Below are positions 29,035-41,107 of a stretch of DNA of 64,000 nucleotides, in pieces. The stretch is from an uncultured virus (IMG/VR IMGVR_UViG_3300020196_000023). Taxonomy: Duplodnaviria; Heunggongvirae; Uroviricota; Caudoviricetes. The position numbers were made by a program, and so were the translations under genes. Positions within the stretch are counted from its first letter, which is position 1, and every line of letters starts with the position of its first letter. The notes under the pieces were generated by a model that ran no database searches, was not told where the DNA came from, and worked only from the letters and a program-made list of their open reading frames with translations. The DNA is taken from the IMG/VR virus record IMGVR_UViG_3300020196_000023; one strand, written 5' to 3'.

Positions 29035-29409
29035 ATGAAAGGCTTTTCACCAAAGTTACCATTAGTAAATGATAAATTAGATGGACCATATTCTTTAAAT
29101 AAAGATATTAAAGAATTAACAAAACAAAATTTAAAAATGTTAATTTTAACTAATCCCGGTGAAAGAATAATGATTCCCACATTTGGTGTTGGAATTAAGC
29201 AATTTTTGTTTAGTCTTGATATACCGGAGACAAGAAATCAATTAAGCAAAAAAATTTATGAACAAGTACAAAGGTATCTTCCATATATAAAAGTTACAGA
29301 ATTAGATTTTTCTAGTCCTAATTCTAACGATAATAACACTTTATACGTATCTATAAAATATAATATAGATTATTTAGCAATAAATGATGAACTAAATATT
29401 CAAATATAA
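29035..29409 (+). CDS. Baseplate wedge protein, T4 gp25/GPW-like
   Basis: QNLKMLILTNPGER...PTFGVG motif. Confidence 0.88.
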   Translation: MKGFSPKLPLVNDKLDGPYSLNKDIKELTKQNLKMLILTNPGERIMIPTFGVGIKQFLFSLDIPETRNQLSKKIYEQVQRYLPYIKVTELDFSSPNSNDNNTLYVSIKYNIDYLAINDELNIQI

Positions 29410-29438
29410 TCTAATTATTTATATTTGAGGCTAAATAA

Positions 29439-31244
29439 ATGGCAAAAAAAATAGTTCCTATAAAATATACTAGTCGTGATTTTGAAACAATAAAAAACGA
29501 TTTAATACAACACGCTAAAAGATATTATCCAGAAACATATAAAGACTTTAGCGAGGCTTCATTCGGTTCATTAATGCTTGATACTGTCGCTTATGTAGGC
29601 GATATAATGTCTTTTTATTTAGATTATCAAGCTAATGAAGCATTTTTAGACACAGCTTCAGAATTTGAAAATATTTTAAAACTTGGTAAACAGGTAGGCT
29701 ACAAATTTTCTAATTCTAATTCTTCTACCGGTATAGCATCATTCTATATCTCGGTTCCAGCTAATTCTACTGGTCTTGGCCCTAATTTAGACTATGCCCC
29801 GATTATTAAAAAAGGCAGCACATTCGCTACCAATAGTGATGTAAATTTTATATTAAATGAAGATGTGCGTTTTGATAACCCTAAAAATGAAATAAGAGTT
29901 TTAACTGTAGATAATGCTACCGGTACTCCATTATATTATGCCATAAAAGCCAAAGGACAAGTGATATCTGGTGTCATTGGCAGAGAACAAATACAAATTG
30001 GTGATTTTGAAAGATTTAAAAAAGTTTCTTTGCAGCAATCAAACATTATAGAAGTACTATCAGTATTTGATTCCGAAGGAAATGAATATTATGAAGTTGA
30101 TTACTTGTCACAAAACATAATTTATAAATCTATAACTAATAGAGATATTACTGAATCTACTTTAGCTAAAGAAATACTAAAACCATATTTAGTACCAAGA
30201 AGATTTATAGTTGATAAAACACTTAATACCAGTACTTTAGTTTTTGGTGCCAGTTCAGATAATATAGTTCAAGACGATTTATCGTCGTATGCAGAGCCTA
30301 CAAATGTAGTATTAAATATGTTTGGAAAAAACTATATTTCTTCTGATGCTTTTGACCCAAGTAAACTTTTAAATAGTGATAAATTTGGAGTTGCCCCATC
30401 AAATACAGTTTTAACTATAAATTATCGTTATTTGAACGCTAATATACAAGTTAATTTTGCCTCTAACTCGCTCACATCTGTAAGAAATGCGCAGTTATTT
30501 TTTGGTGATGAACAGAACTTAAATTCTGCAATAAAAACTAAGGTTATTTCTAGTCTAGAAGTTAATAATGAATCACCACTTTTGGGTGACACAACAGTAA
30601 TCGATTCTGACGAGTTAAGAAGAAGAATAGAAAATTCTTTTGCTTCACAAAATCGCGCTGTAACAGAACAAGATTATAAAGTATTAACTTATTTGATGCC
30701 ACAAAAATTTGGTTCTATCAAAAGAATAAATGTTAAAAAAGATTTAAATTCATTAAAAAGAAATTTAAATTTATATGTTCTATGCGAAGATTCAGATGGA
30801 TACCTTACCGCTCCCAACCAAACAGTAAAAAACAATATTAAAACTTGGTTAGATAAAAATAGAATGATTAATGATACTATTGATATTCTAGATGGTAAAG
30901 TTGTTAATTATGCTATAACTTTTACTGCTGTTGGTAGTAATAATCGTTCTAAATATGATATTTTAACAGACGCTATTAACCAATTAAAAATAGATTTTGC
31001 TAGATTGCCAGATTTTGGTGAACCTTTTATGATTACAAATATTTACGATAGTTTAAAAAAGGTTGATGGATTATTAGATGTTGTTTCAGTAAATATCGAA
31101 GAACGAGTTGGTGGTTTATATTCTAATGCGCAGTTTAGCTTTAAAAACAATACTTCAGCTGATGATAGACACATTACTGTGCCAGATAACGTTGTAATGG
31201 AACTAAAATATCCAAATACAAACATTAAAGGAACTATTTTGTAA
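29439..31244 (+). CDS. Baseplate wedge protein, T4 gp6/baseplate J-like
   Basis: YTSRDFETIK..L, D.SEAS.G, EAFLDTA, SQNRAVTEQDY. Confidence 0.88.
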   Translation: MAKKIVPIKYTSRDFETIKNDLIQHAKRYYPETYKDFSEASFGSLMLDTVAYVGDIMSFYLDYQANEAFLDTASEFENILKLGKQVGYKFSNSNSSTGIASFYISVPANSTGLGPNLDYAPIIKKGSTFATNSDVNFILNEDVRFDNPKNEIRVLTVDNATGTPLYYAIKAKGQVISGVIGREQIQIGDFERFKKVSLQQSNIIEVLSVFDSEGNEYYEVDYLSQNIIYKSITNRDITESTLAKEILKPYLVPRRFIVDKTLNTSTLVFGASSDNIVQDDLSSYAEPTNVVLNMFGKNYISSDAFDPSKLLNSDKFGVAPSNTVLTINYRYLNANIQVNFASNSLTSVRNAQLFFGDEQNLNSAIKTKVISSLEVNNESPLLGDTTVIDSDELRRRIENSFASQNRAVTEQDYKVLTYLMPQKFGSIKRINVKKDLNSLKRNLNLYVLCEDSDGYLTAPNQTVKNNIKTWLDKNRMINDTIDILDGKVVNYAITFTAVGSNNRSKYDILTDAINQLKIDFARLPDFGEPFMITNIYDSLKKVDGLLDVVSVNIEERVGGLYSNAQFSFKNNTSADDRHITVPDNVVMELKYPNTNIKGTIL

Positions 31245-32674
31245 TGTCAATAAAAAAATATATTGCCAACAAAGATACTACCATAACTAATGCCTTCATG
31301 GAAAACATGATTACAAGAGGCATTAACTCAAATATGGGTGCTTCTGATTCACTTGAAGTTTTCACAATATATGGTCAAGTTACCACTTCCTCATTAGAAA
31401 AAACAAGGCTTTTAGTACAGTTTCCAGTTGATAATATTGCGTCTGATAGGGTTTCTGGTTCTATACCTGCTAGCGGTAGCGTGTCTTTTTATTTAAGGCT
31501 ATACAACGTAGTTCATCCATTTAGTGTTCCAAGACAAGTTACATTATCTATAAATCCATTGTCTAAATCTTGGGAGGAAGGTTATGGATTAGACATGGAA
31601 GGTTATACAGATAAAGGTTATGTAAGCGACACAGCAGGGTACGGCAGTACATGGATGTACGCTGCTAGCGGCTCTGCATGGGTTAATGAAGGAGGCGATT
31701 ATTTAACGTCCTCTGGATATGATTTAAGCTATTATTTAGAAAGCGGCCTTGAAGATATAGAAATGGATATTACATCCTTAACAGAACAATGGCTTACTGG
31801 TTCTCTAGCTAACAATGGCTTGATCGTTAGACTTTCTTCTTCTTTAGAAAACGGTTCCAGACTAGAAAGTTTTTATACTAAAAAGTTTTCAGCGCGTGGT
31901 TCTGAGTTTTATATGCGCAGACCATGCATAGAAGCTCGATGGGATCCATCTATAACAGATGATAGAAATAATTTCTTTGCTTCTAGCAGCTTAGTAAGCG
32001 CAGAAGATAATAAGATGAGTTTATATTTCTATAATAAAGTTAATGGACGTTTAAAAAATATTGCTGGTAATCCAACATTATCTTTGCAGCTTTTTACTAA
32101 TTCATCTTTTAGTGATGCTATAACGGCTTCTTATAATGTCGTTAGCAATCCGTTACCGGGTGTTTATAAAGCTCAAGTAGCGATAGATACAACCTCTAGC
32201 GTATTATACGATAAATGGGTAAACAGCTCTAGCGCTTCTATTAAATATTTTTCTGGTTCTTTTGACGTAAATACTAGAGAAGGCGACAATAGTTCTTATC
32301 TACCAGAATATATTTATAATATTACTAATTTAAAAAATGTTTATGACCAAAATGAAAAAGCAAGATTTAATATTTTTGTTCGTGAACGTGATTGGCAACC
32401 AACAATTTATACCGTTGCATATAATAATGTAGAAAATACTGCAATTCCTAATTTATATTACAAAATTTTTAGATTTAACGATAATTATACAGTAGTTGAC
32501 TATTCCACTGGCTCTTTAGCATATACAAAAACTTCATATGATTCAAATGGTAATTATTTTGAATTAGACATGAATATTCTTGAAAAAGATTATGGATATG
32601 GTATAAAATTAGCAACTTGGGATGGCGTACAACTTGCAGAGTATAAGGACGTATATAAATTTAGGATTCGGTAA
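31244..32674 (+). CDS. Virion structural protein (DNRLRE-like beta domain)
   Basis: KDTTI, RLLVQF, W.EG.G, DITSL..W, N.GLIVR, RPCIEARW pattern; SGS-rich. Confidence 0.6.
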   Translation: MSIKKYIANKDTTITNAFMENMITRGINSNMGASDSLEVFTIYGQVTTSSLEKTRLLVQFPVDNIASDRVSGSIPASGSVSFYLRLYNVVHPFSVPRQVTLSINPLSKSWEEGYGLDMEGYTDKGYVSDTAGYGSTWMYAASGSAWVNEGGDYLTSSGYDLSYYLESGLEDIEMDITSLTEQWLTGSLANNGLIVRLSSSLENGSRLESFYTKKFSARGSEFYMRRPCIEARWDPSITDDRNNFFASSSLVSAEDNKMSLYFYNKVNGRLKNIAGNPTLSLQLFTNSSFSDAITASYNVVSNPLPGVYKAQVAIDTTSSVLYDKWVNSSSASIKYFSGSFDVNTREGDNSSYLPEYIYNITNLKNVYDQNEKARFNIFVRERDWQPTIYTVAYNNVENTAIPNLYYKIFRFNDNYTVVDYSTGSLAYTKTSYDSNGNYFELDMNILEKDYGYGIKLATWDGVQLAEYKDVYKFRIR

Positions 32675-32676
32675 CT

Positions 32677-35600
32677 ATGTCATTAAAAGATCTATTTGGT
32701 AAAACTTCTGAAAAAATAGTCTCCAATAAACAATTACAAGATTTATACGAGCAAGCAGAATCAGAAGGTTTTCTAGAAGAACTAGTAGAAGATAGGCAAA
32801 GATATTTGCCTTCTGTGGATTTTTCTAATTTTTCTAATTATATTATATATGGTTCCGCAGAGCGCTATTTTGTTGATGGTATAACAAATATATATCAAAA
32901 TTATCCATATGACGGTTCTAAAAAAGAAAAGCAAGATTGGAGAAATAATTCTTCTCAATTAGATTTATATATATTTGATGAAATATATCCAAAAACCAAA
33001 GGATATGTTGTATTAAGTGGCAGCAATGTCTCTGTTAATGGTTCAAACATTCGCTCTTCTTCGGCTCCACAGTATGTGTTGATTAAAGGTGGTCCTAATC
33101 AATCTGCTGATGGAAAGTTTGAAAAATCTAATATTTATGATTTAGATACTAATCGTGAAAGTAATTTAGGAATTACTCAAAATGGCAATACCGTTGAATT
33201 TTGGTTTAAAGATAACGTTACCTCTGGAAGCTCCTTATCAACAGCAGAATACTGTTTATTAGATCTTTGGAATGGTAATAGTAGTGGTAGTGCAAATTAT
33301 ACTCGATTAACAATTAGTAAGCAATACAGCACTAGCAATAACAAATTTTTTGTAACTTATGTATCTGGTACTGCGGGTATTGTTTCACAATTGCTTGATT
33401 ATGATTTCGATCCATATAGTTGGCATCATTATGCCTTTACATTTAGCAATACAAACATCACAGATTTAGAAGTTTGTTTATTTGTAGATGGCAACCTTGT
33501 TAAAAAAACCAATTTTGCTTCCGTTGGTAGTATTAATTTAGCTGACAATTCTAATTTAATTGCGTTTTTGGGTGCCTATAGAGCAGACCAAAATGGTAAT
33601 TCTTCTAGTTATTCTAGTTTGGGTCAAAGTCACGGTTCATATGACGAATTCAGATTTTGGAAAACGGCTAGAACTCCAAGGCAAATATATAGAAATTGGT
33701 TTACTAATGTCGGAGGTGGCTCTAATACCGATGATTCCAACACTAATCTAGGAGTATATTTTAAATTTAATGAAGGTATTGTAGACAATTCCTCAATCAA
33801 TTCTCTAGATGCAGTGTGCTTAGATTACAGCGGTAGAGTATCAAATGGTACCATAATTAATTATGATGTAAATTGCAAGTCTACTTCATCAGCTATAGAT
33901 ATATATTTTGATACGTCGCTAGAACAAGCAGAACCAATAGTATTCTCTTCTAATCCACTAGTACAAAATAAAATAGAAGAATATACAGATTTAGGTTTTC
34001 AATACGATGTAACAAATGTATCTAGTATATACAGAAAATTACCATCTTGGATTACAGAAGAAGCAGAAAAAGATAACTATCCTGATTTACAAAGACTAGT
34101 ACAAATTATCTCTAGCTATTTTGATACTTTGCATTTACAAATAAAAAATCTTTCTTCTATAAAAAATATAGAATATTCTTCTGAGAATGATAAACCAAAA
34201 CCTTTTTATAGCAATATATTAGCTTCTCATGGTTTTGATAATATAGAGATATTTAACAATAGTACATTTTTAGAAGATGTTTTATCAAGAAATGAATCAA
34301 GTGAATTTGAAAATAAAATTTCTGATATTAAAAATGTAATTTATCAAAATATATATAACAATCTCTCTTATATATATAAGAGCAAAGGTACAGAAAAATC
34401 ATTTAGAAATTTAATTCGCTCTTTTGGCGTTGATAACGAATTAATAAAAATAAATCTTTATGCCAATAATGCCGAATATGATTTTTCAGATAAGTACAAT
34501 TATACTTCTATAAATAAAAAATATATAGATTTTAATAATCCCAATAGATATTCTGGAACAGTTATACAGTATTACAAATCTGCTGATACTGATACAAATG
34601 GGTATATTACTGGTCTTGCTTCTGGCAAGCTTGACTATGCTCCAATAACAGTACAAGCAGAAATATTATTTCCTAAAAAATCTGATAGCGAATTTGAAAA
34701 TTATCAATATACAGATTTTACTGATATATCACTATTTGGAAGCCATACTGCTAATTCAAATAATACTGTTTTATCTTGGGCTAATAATGATAATTTTAAT
34801 TTTCAAGTTTATGCAATAAAAAATGATCCAAATAGTACAGATGTATATTTTAAATTAACTGGCTCTTTATCTGCTAGCGGCTTTAGTTTAACTTCCAGCT
34901 GGTATCCTGATGTATACGAAAATAAGAAATGGAACCTAGCTGTCAGAATTAAACCTGATAAATTAGGAAATATCGGGTATAGTTCCGGTAGCTCTAACAC
35001 AGATTATGTTATTGAATTTGTTGGTTATAATTCCATTCTAGATACCAAATTAGAAGAAGGATTTATATTATCTGCAACTATTCCTCAAGCTGATGCAATA
35101 TCAGCACTACGAGAAAATAAAAGATTGTATGCCGGTGCGCATTACGATAATTATGATTCTTCTAGCTTACTAGCTAAAACAGATGTTAAAGTTTCTTCTG
35201 TAAGATATTGGCTTGATTATTTAACAGATGAAGAATTAAAAAATCATTCCTATGATGCTTCTAGTTATGGCTCTTTAAGACCCAATTGGCGTCCAGATTT
35301 TATAACAGACAATCTAATAGTTACTAAAGCAGATATGTTGTTGCTAAATTGGTCTTTCGATAGTGTAACCGGGACTAACAATCAAGGTCAGTTTATAGTT
35401 GATGATATATCTTCTGGATCTGTTGATCTTGCCAATAGATATGGATTAGATTGGCTAGGGCCAGTTATCGGGTACCAGCAAAGTGGTTTAGCGTTTGGAT
35501 TTGGCGCAAATGATTCACAGGTAGCCAATAAAGAATATATTTATTCTGCTAAAATAGCTACACCAGAAATCTTCAATGGCTCCGACATGATTCAAGTCCC

Positions 35601-38600
35601 AGCCACTGATGATTTTGCCAGAACAAAAATTGGAAAACCAGTTTCTTTCTATTTTTCTATTGAAAAAAGCATGGCGCAAATTATTAATGATGAAATATTA
35701 AATTGGTTTGCCACTATAAAAAATTTCAATAATTTAATTGGTTTACCTAATCATAAATATAAAAAAGAATATTCTGATCTTGTGCATATGAGAAAAATAT
35801 TCTTTGAAAAAGTAAACAACGAGCCAGATTATGAAAAATTCCTAGAATTTTATAAATGGATTGATTCATCGATTTCGATGATGATTGGACAATTAGCACC
35901 AGCATCAGCTAATGTTTCTGATAAAGTTAGAAATGTGGTAGAAAATACTTTATTAGACAGAAATAAATATGAAAATAAATTACCTATTATAAAATATAAA
36001 GATAGAATAGTTCCGGTCGGCGGCGGCGGTGGTTTGTCGCAAATCAACTATTCTTCTTTACGTGCGCCTAGTAGCCCAGCTGGAAAAGAATGGTACAAAA
36101 AACGCGCCATCAGGACACAAGAAATAAGTGGCAGCGGTGAAACTATCACTACTCCATTAGAACCACAAAATGATATTGATAGAGAAATTATTAGACAAGT
36201 AATTAATTATTCATCTTATGGTAAGGATGTAACTTTATATTCTGCCGAAAATGATACTTTTTATGAAGGCAAAAAAGATCTAAATAAAATTTATTCTAAG
36301 CACTATGTTTTAAATGCGGATAAATTACTTATTGTAGAAGGTAAAATATTAGGTAATGAATTGACAAATATTTCTTCTAGCAATCAATTTATATTTGCTG
36401 CTGATTTAATGGCTTCTTCTAGCGATACTCAAGTTATTGATCCTTCAAAATCGTTATATAATATAATTTCAACGCCAACATTGTTTGACTTAGATAGTTC
36501 TTCTTCTTATGCTGGTATTAGAAAAGCAACAAAAACAAGCTATAAATTTAAAAATCCATATGAGTATTTCCAGACTTCTGGTAGATCTGCCAACAATAAA
36601 GCATTTGTAGATTTGGAAGGGGGTGTTTCTGGGACAGCAAATATAGATATACTTGAAGTTACTAGTAGAACATTACCAAATAGAAATACGGCCAATGGTA
36701 ATGGGCGTAAAACAATATTTGTTGAAAGATTTAGTGCCCCCGGAGGTCCAGAGGTAAATAGCAGGGGCGCTCTTGATTCTGTGGCAGAAGAATATTCTGC
36801 TTATAATTCATTAAATTATAGGAATTTTAGAGTACGTAAACATTTAAATTCTTGGTTAGCAGAAACATCTAGTTTTGATGAACAAAATCCTTCTTATCAT
36901 AAAGTACCAAATAATATAGCTAGATATCCTGCCGATGATAATGGTAATAGTATAAATTCTCAAAATGATAATGCCTTTATAAGTCACGCAATTCCAAGAA
37001 GCGATAGGCAGTATGCTTGGGTAAACGCTTCATTAGATGCAGACGATGGATTTAGCGGCTATGCAAGCGAGTTTGCTAACTTAAATAAGAGTTATCAAAC
37101 AATTAGTTCATCTGAAATTATTGGCTTATCTAGCATACCATATGTTAATTTTAGATATTTAGATTCGGTTAGTTATAATAATTTATTAACAGATAAAATT
37201 ATTAATACTGGCTCTAATATTATAAGTACTGGTAGCTTATTTGCTACCACTTTAGATTATTTTGGTTTATATTTCTACTTGACTACACTAAATGGTCCTT
37301 ATCAATACCCGTCTTGGAAACAAATTAGAAATTCTGAAAATCCCATAGTTGTTCAATCAAAGAAAAACAACAATATTCTTGTTCAAGATCAGTCTATACA
37401 GCTGTTTAAGAGTGTTAATGGTACTTTGGTACCATATGTTGATTCAAAATCTCAAACATTTAAAGCCTATAAAGAACCGCCTATTGAATATAACATTCCT
37501 ATGAAACACGTAGTAGAGGTAAGTGGTTCAACAGGTTCTATCGAAGTTATAAGCACATATGATAATAATATTAATAAGTTTGCTAATGCTTCATTGATGA
37601 CAACACTTGGTCAAAAAGAAAGAAGTGAATTGCAGACTCATAATACCTTGGTTGCTATGAGCAAGGGTGAGTACATCCCAGAACCACAAATATTATCTGC
37701 TTCATATAGCAAAATGCTATTCCCATCTAGAAAATATGTTGGCTTAAAAGAAACTCGTACAAGACCAAATTATACTGAAATAGCTGGCACGGGAAGCAAC
37801 GGTTACGACAGAAATTCTGCTAAAATTAGAACTTTTTGGAAAGATGCTATTGCCGATAGACAAAGAACTAATGCATTTTTCTCATCCAATAAAACCGGTT
37901 CTATTAATTGTTTAAATATAGCACAATTAAGCGCTAGTACAGGTATAAGTAATGCAATTTTTGCAGGTTATGTTCGCCACTCTTCTTCTACTTGGGATAA
38001 TATCCAACCAGCATTTGCTGTAGAAACAAATTTTTCGAATTATTACGATTCATTTAATAGTATAGAATATAGCAGTAGTTATACTATGGGTTTAATAGCC
38101 TATGGTTTAGGTATCATTGTATATACTACAGAAAGTTACACTCTAACGAGCGATTTAGCTGGGTTTAGTGAGTTAGAGGCGCAACGGTTTTTATCAGCCC
38201 AACCCGGAACATATTTCTATATTCCAGTTACAGGTACTAATGGTAAAACTATACAAGTGGAACATTTTCGTTATGATCCAGCGGTTAACTTTGTAAGACC
38301 AAAACCTTCTTATGCATATAAAATTCATTATCCTAGTGTAGCTTCACAAAGAAGCAGTTCTTATGGATTAGCGAATATATATACCACTGCTATTAGACAT
38401 TTTATTAATGAAGGTATGTATTATAATACTAATATTTTGGCAGGAAAAAATCCTTGGTATAATACATACGAACAATATTTTGAAGATTTTGAAGACTTAA
38501 AACCCTATTCTATTTCTGCGTCTATTCTGCCAGAATTTAATTATTCAGAAAACGGTGATTATTATATAAGCGGTAATACCACTATACCACCAAATAATTA

Positions 38601-41097
38601 TATATCTTTTGCTGGTACTGATGCGGAAGTAAATAATATTGATAATGCATATAACTTAACAGATAAATTAGATAATTTTATTTTAAATGACCTAGAAGGT
38701 AACAAAAAAATTAAGTTATCTATTAATGGAGTAAAAAAGTTATTACCATATAAAGGCTTTTATCCACAAGAACGAGCAGTGCAGATAGTAGATTTATTTC
38801 AAAAATCATTCTTTAATATTTCTATGAATGACATAACGGGTGGTTATCCAACATATAAATATTATCGAAATGATACTGTAGCTCACGGCGGCGGCTCTCC
38901 AATTATTCAACAAATGCAAACACTACTACAGCCTTATTTTGCTCCGGGTATTTTATTTAATACAATTAAATCCGGCATTGCTGTTGATTGGCCTATTCTT
39001 TATAGCGATACTCCGCAAGAAAAATACTACAATAGTAGTATTTTAGGATCAGTGCATAAATATTATCCACCTAATCACAATACAGCGTCTTTTGCTACCA
39101 GCAGTATAAATGAAAAAGTAATGTTTTTGTCAGGCGCTTTTTCTGCTAGAATACCATTTGAATCTTTGTTAAATCTTAAAGGATTAGATACAAATCAAGT
39201 TATTAGCTATATAGATCCAACAAGATTTAATACAGAAACATTTACTGACATTACAAGTAGTACATTTACAAATGGATTTCCTGCTTCTACAAGTGGTTTA
39301 AGAAAAAATCCAATATTTTCTTTTAATGATCCTAACAATAACGAAATTAAAACTTTTAAAGATGATAGATATACAAAAGCAATAAATAATTATCTAGCTG
39401 AAATACCAAAATTTTTCTTACAAAACTCTTCATTAACTGAATTTACATCTAAGAATTTTTCAGGTGATTTAAGATTTGAATCAGGCAAGACTTATGAAAT
39501 GAAATTACAAATAAGCATGCCAGAAAAATACCGCATGATATTAGACACCACGGATGAAAAGCCGTATTATTATGATTTCGGTGATATAGTAACTAATACA
39601 AGAATAGCAGGAGCTTCTGTTTTCGGCCCTCCAACCCAATATTTCGTTGATTCTTCTGGCAGTGAATTAAAATTAGGGCATAAAGCTTATGATGGTGCAG
39701 CATATGCTCCGTATGCACCTCCATATTTGTATGGTCCACAAGTTATTAAATTTCAATTCACCCCAGAAGATGGCATTACTAATTATACTTATGATCAGAT
39801 TATTAGTGCTTTAACAGTTTCTTGTGAGCCTTCTACCGACGCAGTTTACAATTATTTTAGTCAATCAGCATACGATATTAATAACGGTAATAATCCAAAA
39901 AACTTTACAAATACAATGGCTTATGCGAATAAAATGCCGCTATCGTCTAGTATTCGATATGATTTAATTGTTAAAGAACCTTTATCAGTTAAAGAAGCTA
40001 ACGGTAACATCAAACAATACGACGAAAATACAGATAATACAAAAACTAAATGGAAAATACAAACTAAATTTGAAACACCTGTATTTAACTTTAATAATGA
40101 TTTAAATAAGTCGATTGATACTTCATATACTGAAGTATTACCTCCCGTTAATTATACTAAACCACATCCTATATTAACAAGTCTTAATGATAAATATGAT
40201 ATCGATTGTGAAGTGACAAAATATGGATTTACTGGCATGTGGGGCGGTTATGCAACGGGAGATGCTTTAGAATCTGGCTTGACATTACAATTATTAGATG
40301 GTGTAGAGAATAAAACTACTGGTAATTTAGCTGAAGTGTGTGGATTTGAAATAGCTACAAAAAAAGTAGGACAAATCGCAGATAAAAAACAGATTAGCGA
40401 AGCAATAGTAATGATACCATATACTAGTACAAAAGACAATGATTTTGCCTCTGTGATTAAACCTCCTGCTGGTGAAGAAAATAATGAAAAGTATTATTTT
40501 AGAGTACAAAAAATTATTATAAGCCAACTGTTTGATGATAATAATATTAACATTAACTTTAATTTGCCGCCCGAAGACAAAGAAGCAATAAAATATAAAA
40601 ATATTAAAAAATTACTAAATAATAGTAATTTATCTAATAACTCTATATTAAATACTATGAAACTTATGACTCAATATATACTACCTCCTCATTTAGATTG
40701 GGTATACGATAGAAACATAGAACCATTTGTAATGTATATATTTGAGTTTAAACATGAACTTACAAAACAGGAATTAGCCGATATATGGCAAGGAGTCATG
40801 CCAGAATCAGCTATGAAAACAAGCTTAGATAGCCCAGATCCAATCGAACATGCTTTGACAGAAAAAGAATTCTTTCACGGTAAAAAATTACCAAATGATA
40901 TTAAGTGGAAAGTATTTAAAATCAAAAAACGTGCGGAGCATTCATATGATCAATTAGTAAATTATGATGCCAATAAAGACGAAAATCCCTTCTCATATAA
41001 TTGGCCTTATGATTATTTCTCTCTAGTTGAACTAGTTAATATTAAAGCTTCATTAGAAGTAGAAAATGAAAGTAAAAAAGAAGCAGGAACTGCCTAG
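32677..41097 (+). CDS. Giant (2806 aa) baseplate/tail protein with LamG/concanavalin-like domains
   Basis: TVEFWFK, WHHYAFTF, LFVDG, DEFRFWK, YFKFNEG; YKSKGT..IR.FG baseplate motif. Confidence 0.75.
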   Translation: MSLKDLFGKTSEKIVSNKQLQDLYEQAESEGFLEELVEDRQRYLPSVDFSNFSNYIIYGSAERYFVDGITNIYQNYPYDGSKKEKQDWRNNSSQLDLYIFDEIYPKTKGYVVLSGSNVSVNGSNIRSSSAPQYVLIKGGPNQSADGKFEKSNIYDLDTNRESNLGITQNGNTVEFWFKDNVTSGSSLSTAEYCLLDLWNGNSSGSANYTRLTISKQYSTSNNKFFVTYVSGTAGIVSQLLDYDFDPYSWHHYAFTFSNTNITDLEVCLFVDGNLVKKTNFASVGSINLADNSNLIAFLGAYRADQNGNSSSYSSLGQSHGSYDEFRFWKTARTPRQIYRNWFTNVGGGSNTDDSNTNLGVYFKFNEGIVDNSSINSLDAVCLDYSGRVSNGTIINYDVNCKSTSSAIDIYFDTSLEQAEPIVFSSNPLVQNKIEEYTDLGFQYDVTNVSSIYRKLPSWITEEAEKDNYPDLQRLVQIISSYFDTLHLQIKNLSSIKNIEYSSENDKPKPFYSNILASHGFDNIEIFNNSTFLEDVLSRNESSEFENKISDIKNVIYQNIYNNLSYIYKSKGTEKSFRNLIRSFGVDNELIKINLYANNAEYDFSDKYNYTSINKKYIDFNNPNRYSGTVIQYYKSADTDTNGYITGLASGKLDYAPITVQAEILFPKKSDSEFENYQYTDFTDISLFGSHTANSNNTVLSWANNDNFNFQVYAIKNDPNSTDVYFKLTGSLSASGFSLTSSWYPDVYENKKWNLAVRIKPDKLGNIGYSSGSSNTDYVIEFVGYNSILDTKLEEGFILSATIPQADAISALRENKRLYAGAHYDNYDSSSLLAKTDVKVSSVRYWLDYLTDEELKNHSYDASSYGSLRPNWRPDFITDNLIVTKADMLLLNWSFDSVTGTNNQGQFIVDDISSGSVDLANRYGLDWLGPVIGYQQSGLAFGFGANDSQVANKEYIYSAKIATPEIFNGSDMIQVPATDDFARTKIGKPVSFYFSIEKSMAQIINDEILNWFATIKNFNNLIGLPNHKYKKEYSDLVHMRKIFFEKVNNEPDYEKFLEFYKWIDSSISMMIGQLAPASANVSDKVRNVVENTLLDRNKYENKLPIIKYKDRIVPVGGGGGLSQINYSSLRAPSSPAGKEWYKKRAIRTQEISGSGETITTPLEPQNDIDREIIRQVINYSSYGKDVTLYSAENDTFYEGKKDLNKIYSKHYVLNADKLLIVEGKILGNELTNISSSNQFIFAADLMASSSDTQVIDPSKSLYNIISTPTLFDLDSSSSYAGIRKATKTSYKFKNPYEYFQTSGRSANNKAFVDLEGGVSGTANIDILEVTSRTLPNRNTANGNGRKTIFVERFSAPGGPEVNSRGALDSVAEEYSAYNSLNYRNFRVRKHLNSWLAETSSFDEQNPSYHKVPNNIARYPADDNGNSINSQNDNAFISHAIPRSDRQYAWVNASLDADDGFSGYASEFANLNKSYQTISSSEIIGLSSIPYVNFRYLDSVSYNNLLTDKIINTGSNIISTGSLFATTLDYFGLYFYLTTLNGPYQYPSWKQIRNSENPIVVQSKKNNNILVQDQSIQLFKSVNGTLVPYVDSKSQTFKAYKEPPIEYNIPMKHVVEVSGSTGSIEVISTYDNNINKFANASLMTTLGQKERSELQTHNTLVAMSKGEYIPEPQILSASYSKMLFPSRKYVGLKETRTRPNYTEIAGTGSNGYDRNSAKIRTFWKDAIADRQRTNAFFSSNKTGSINCLNIAQLSASTGISNAIFAGYVRHSSSTWDNIQPAFAVETNFSNYYDSFNSIEYSSSYTMGLIAYGLGIIVYTTESYTLTSDLAGFSELEAQRFLSAQPGTYFYIPVTGTNGKTIQVEHFRYDPAVNFVRPKPSYAYKIHYPSVASQRSSSYGLANIYTTAIRHFINEGMYYNTNILAGKNPWYNTYEQYFEDFEDLKPYSISASILPEFNYSENGDYYISGNTTIPPNNYISFAGTDAEVNNIDNAYNLTDKLDNFILNDLEGNKKIKLSINGVKKLLPYKGFYPQERAVQIVDLFQKSFFNISMNDITGGYPTYKYYRNDTVAHGGGSPIIQQMQTLLQPYFAPGILFNTIKSGIAVDWPILYSDTPQEKYYNSSILGSVHKYYPPNHNTASFATSSINEKVMFLSGAFSARIPFESLLNLKGLDTNQVISYIDPTRFNTETFTDITSSTFTNGFPASTSGLRKNPIFSFNDPNNNEIKTFKDDRYTKAINNYLAEIPKFFLQNSSLTEFTSKNFSGDLRFESGKTYEMKLQISMPEKYRMILDTTDEKPYYYDFGDIVTNTRIAGASVFGPPTQYFVDSSGSELKLGHKAYDGAAYAPYAPPYLYGPQVIKFQFTPEDGITNYTYDQIISALTVSCEPSTDAVYNYFSQSAYDINNGNNPKNFTNTMAYANKMPLSSSIRYDLIVKEPLSVKEANGNIKQYDENTDNTKTKWKIQTKFETPVFNFNNDLNKSIDTSYTEVLPPVNYTKPHPILTSLNDKYDIDCEVTKYGFTGMWGGYATGDALESGLTLQLLDGVENKTTGNLAEVCGFEIATKKVGQIADKKQISEAIVMIPYTSTKDNDFASVIKPPAGEENNEKYYFRVQKIIISQLFDDNNININFNLPPEDKEAIKYKNIKKLLNNSNLSNNSILNTMKLMTQYILPPHLDWVYDRNIEPFVMYIFEFKHELTKQELADIWQGVMPESAMKTSLDSPDPIEHALTEKEFFHGKKLPNDIKWKVFKIKKRAEHSYDQLVNYDANKDENPFSYNWPYDYFSLVELVNIKASLEVENESKKEAGTA

Positions 41098-41107
41098 GTG
41101 AGTATAC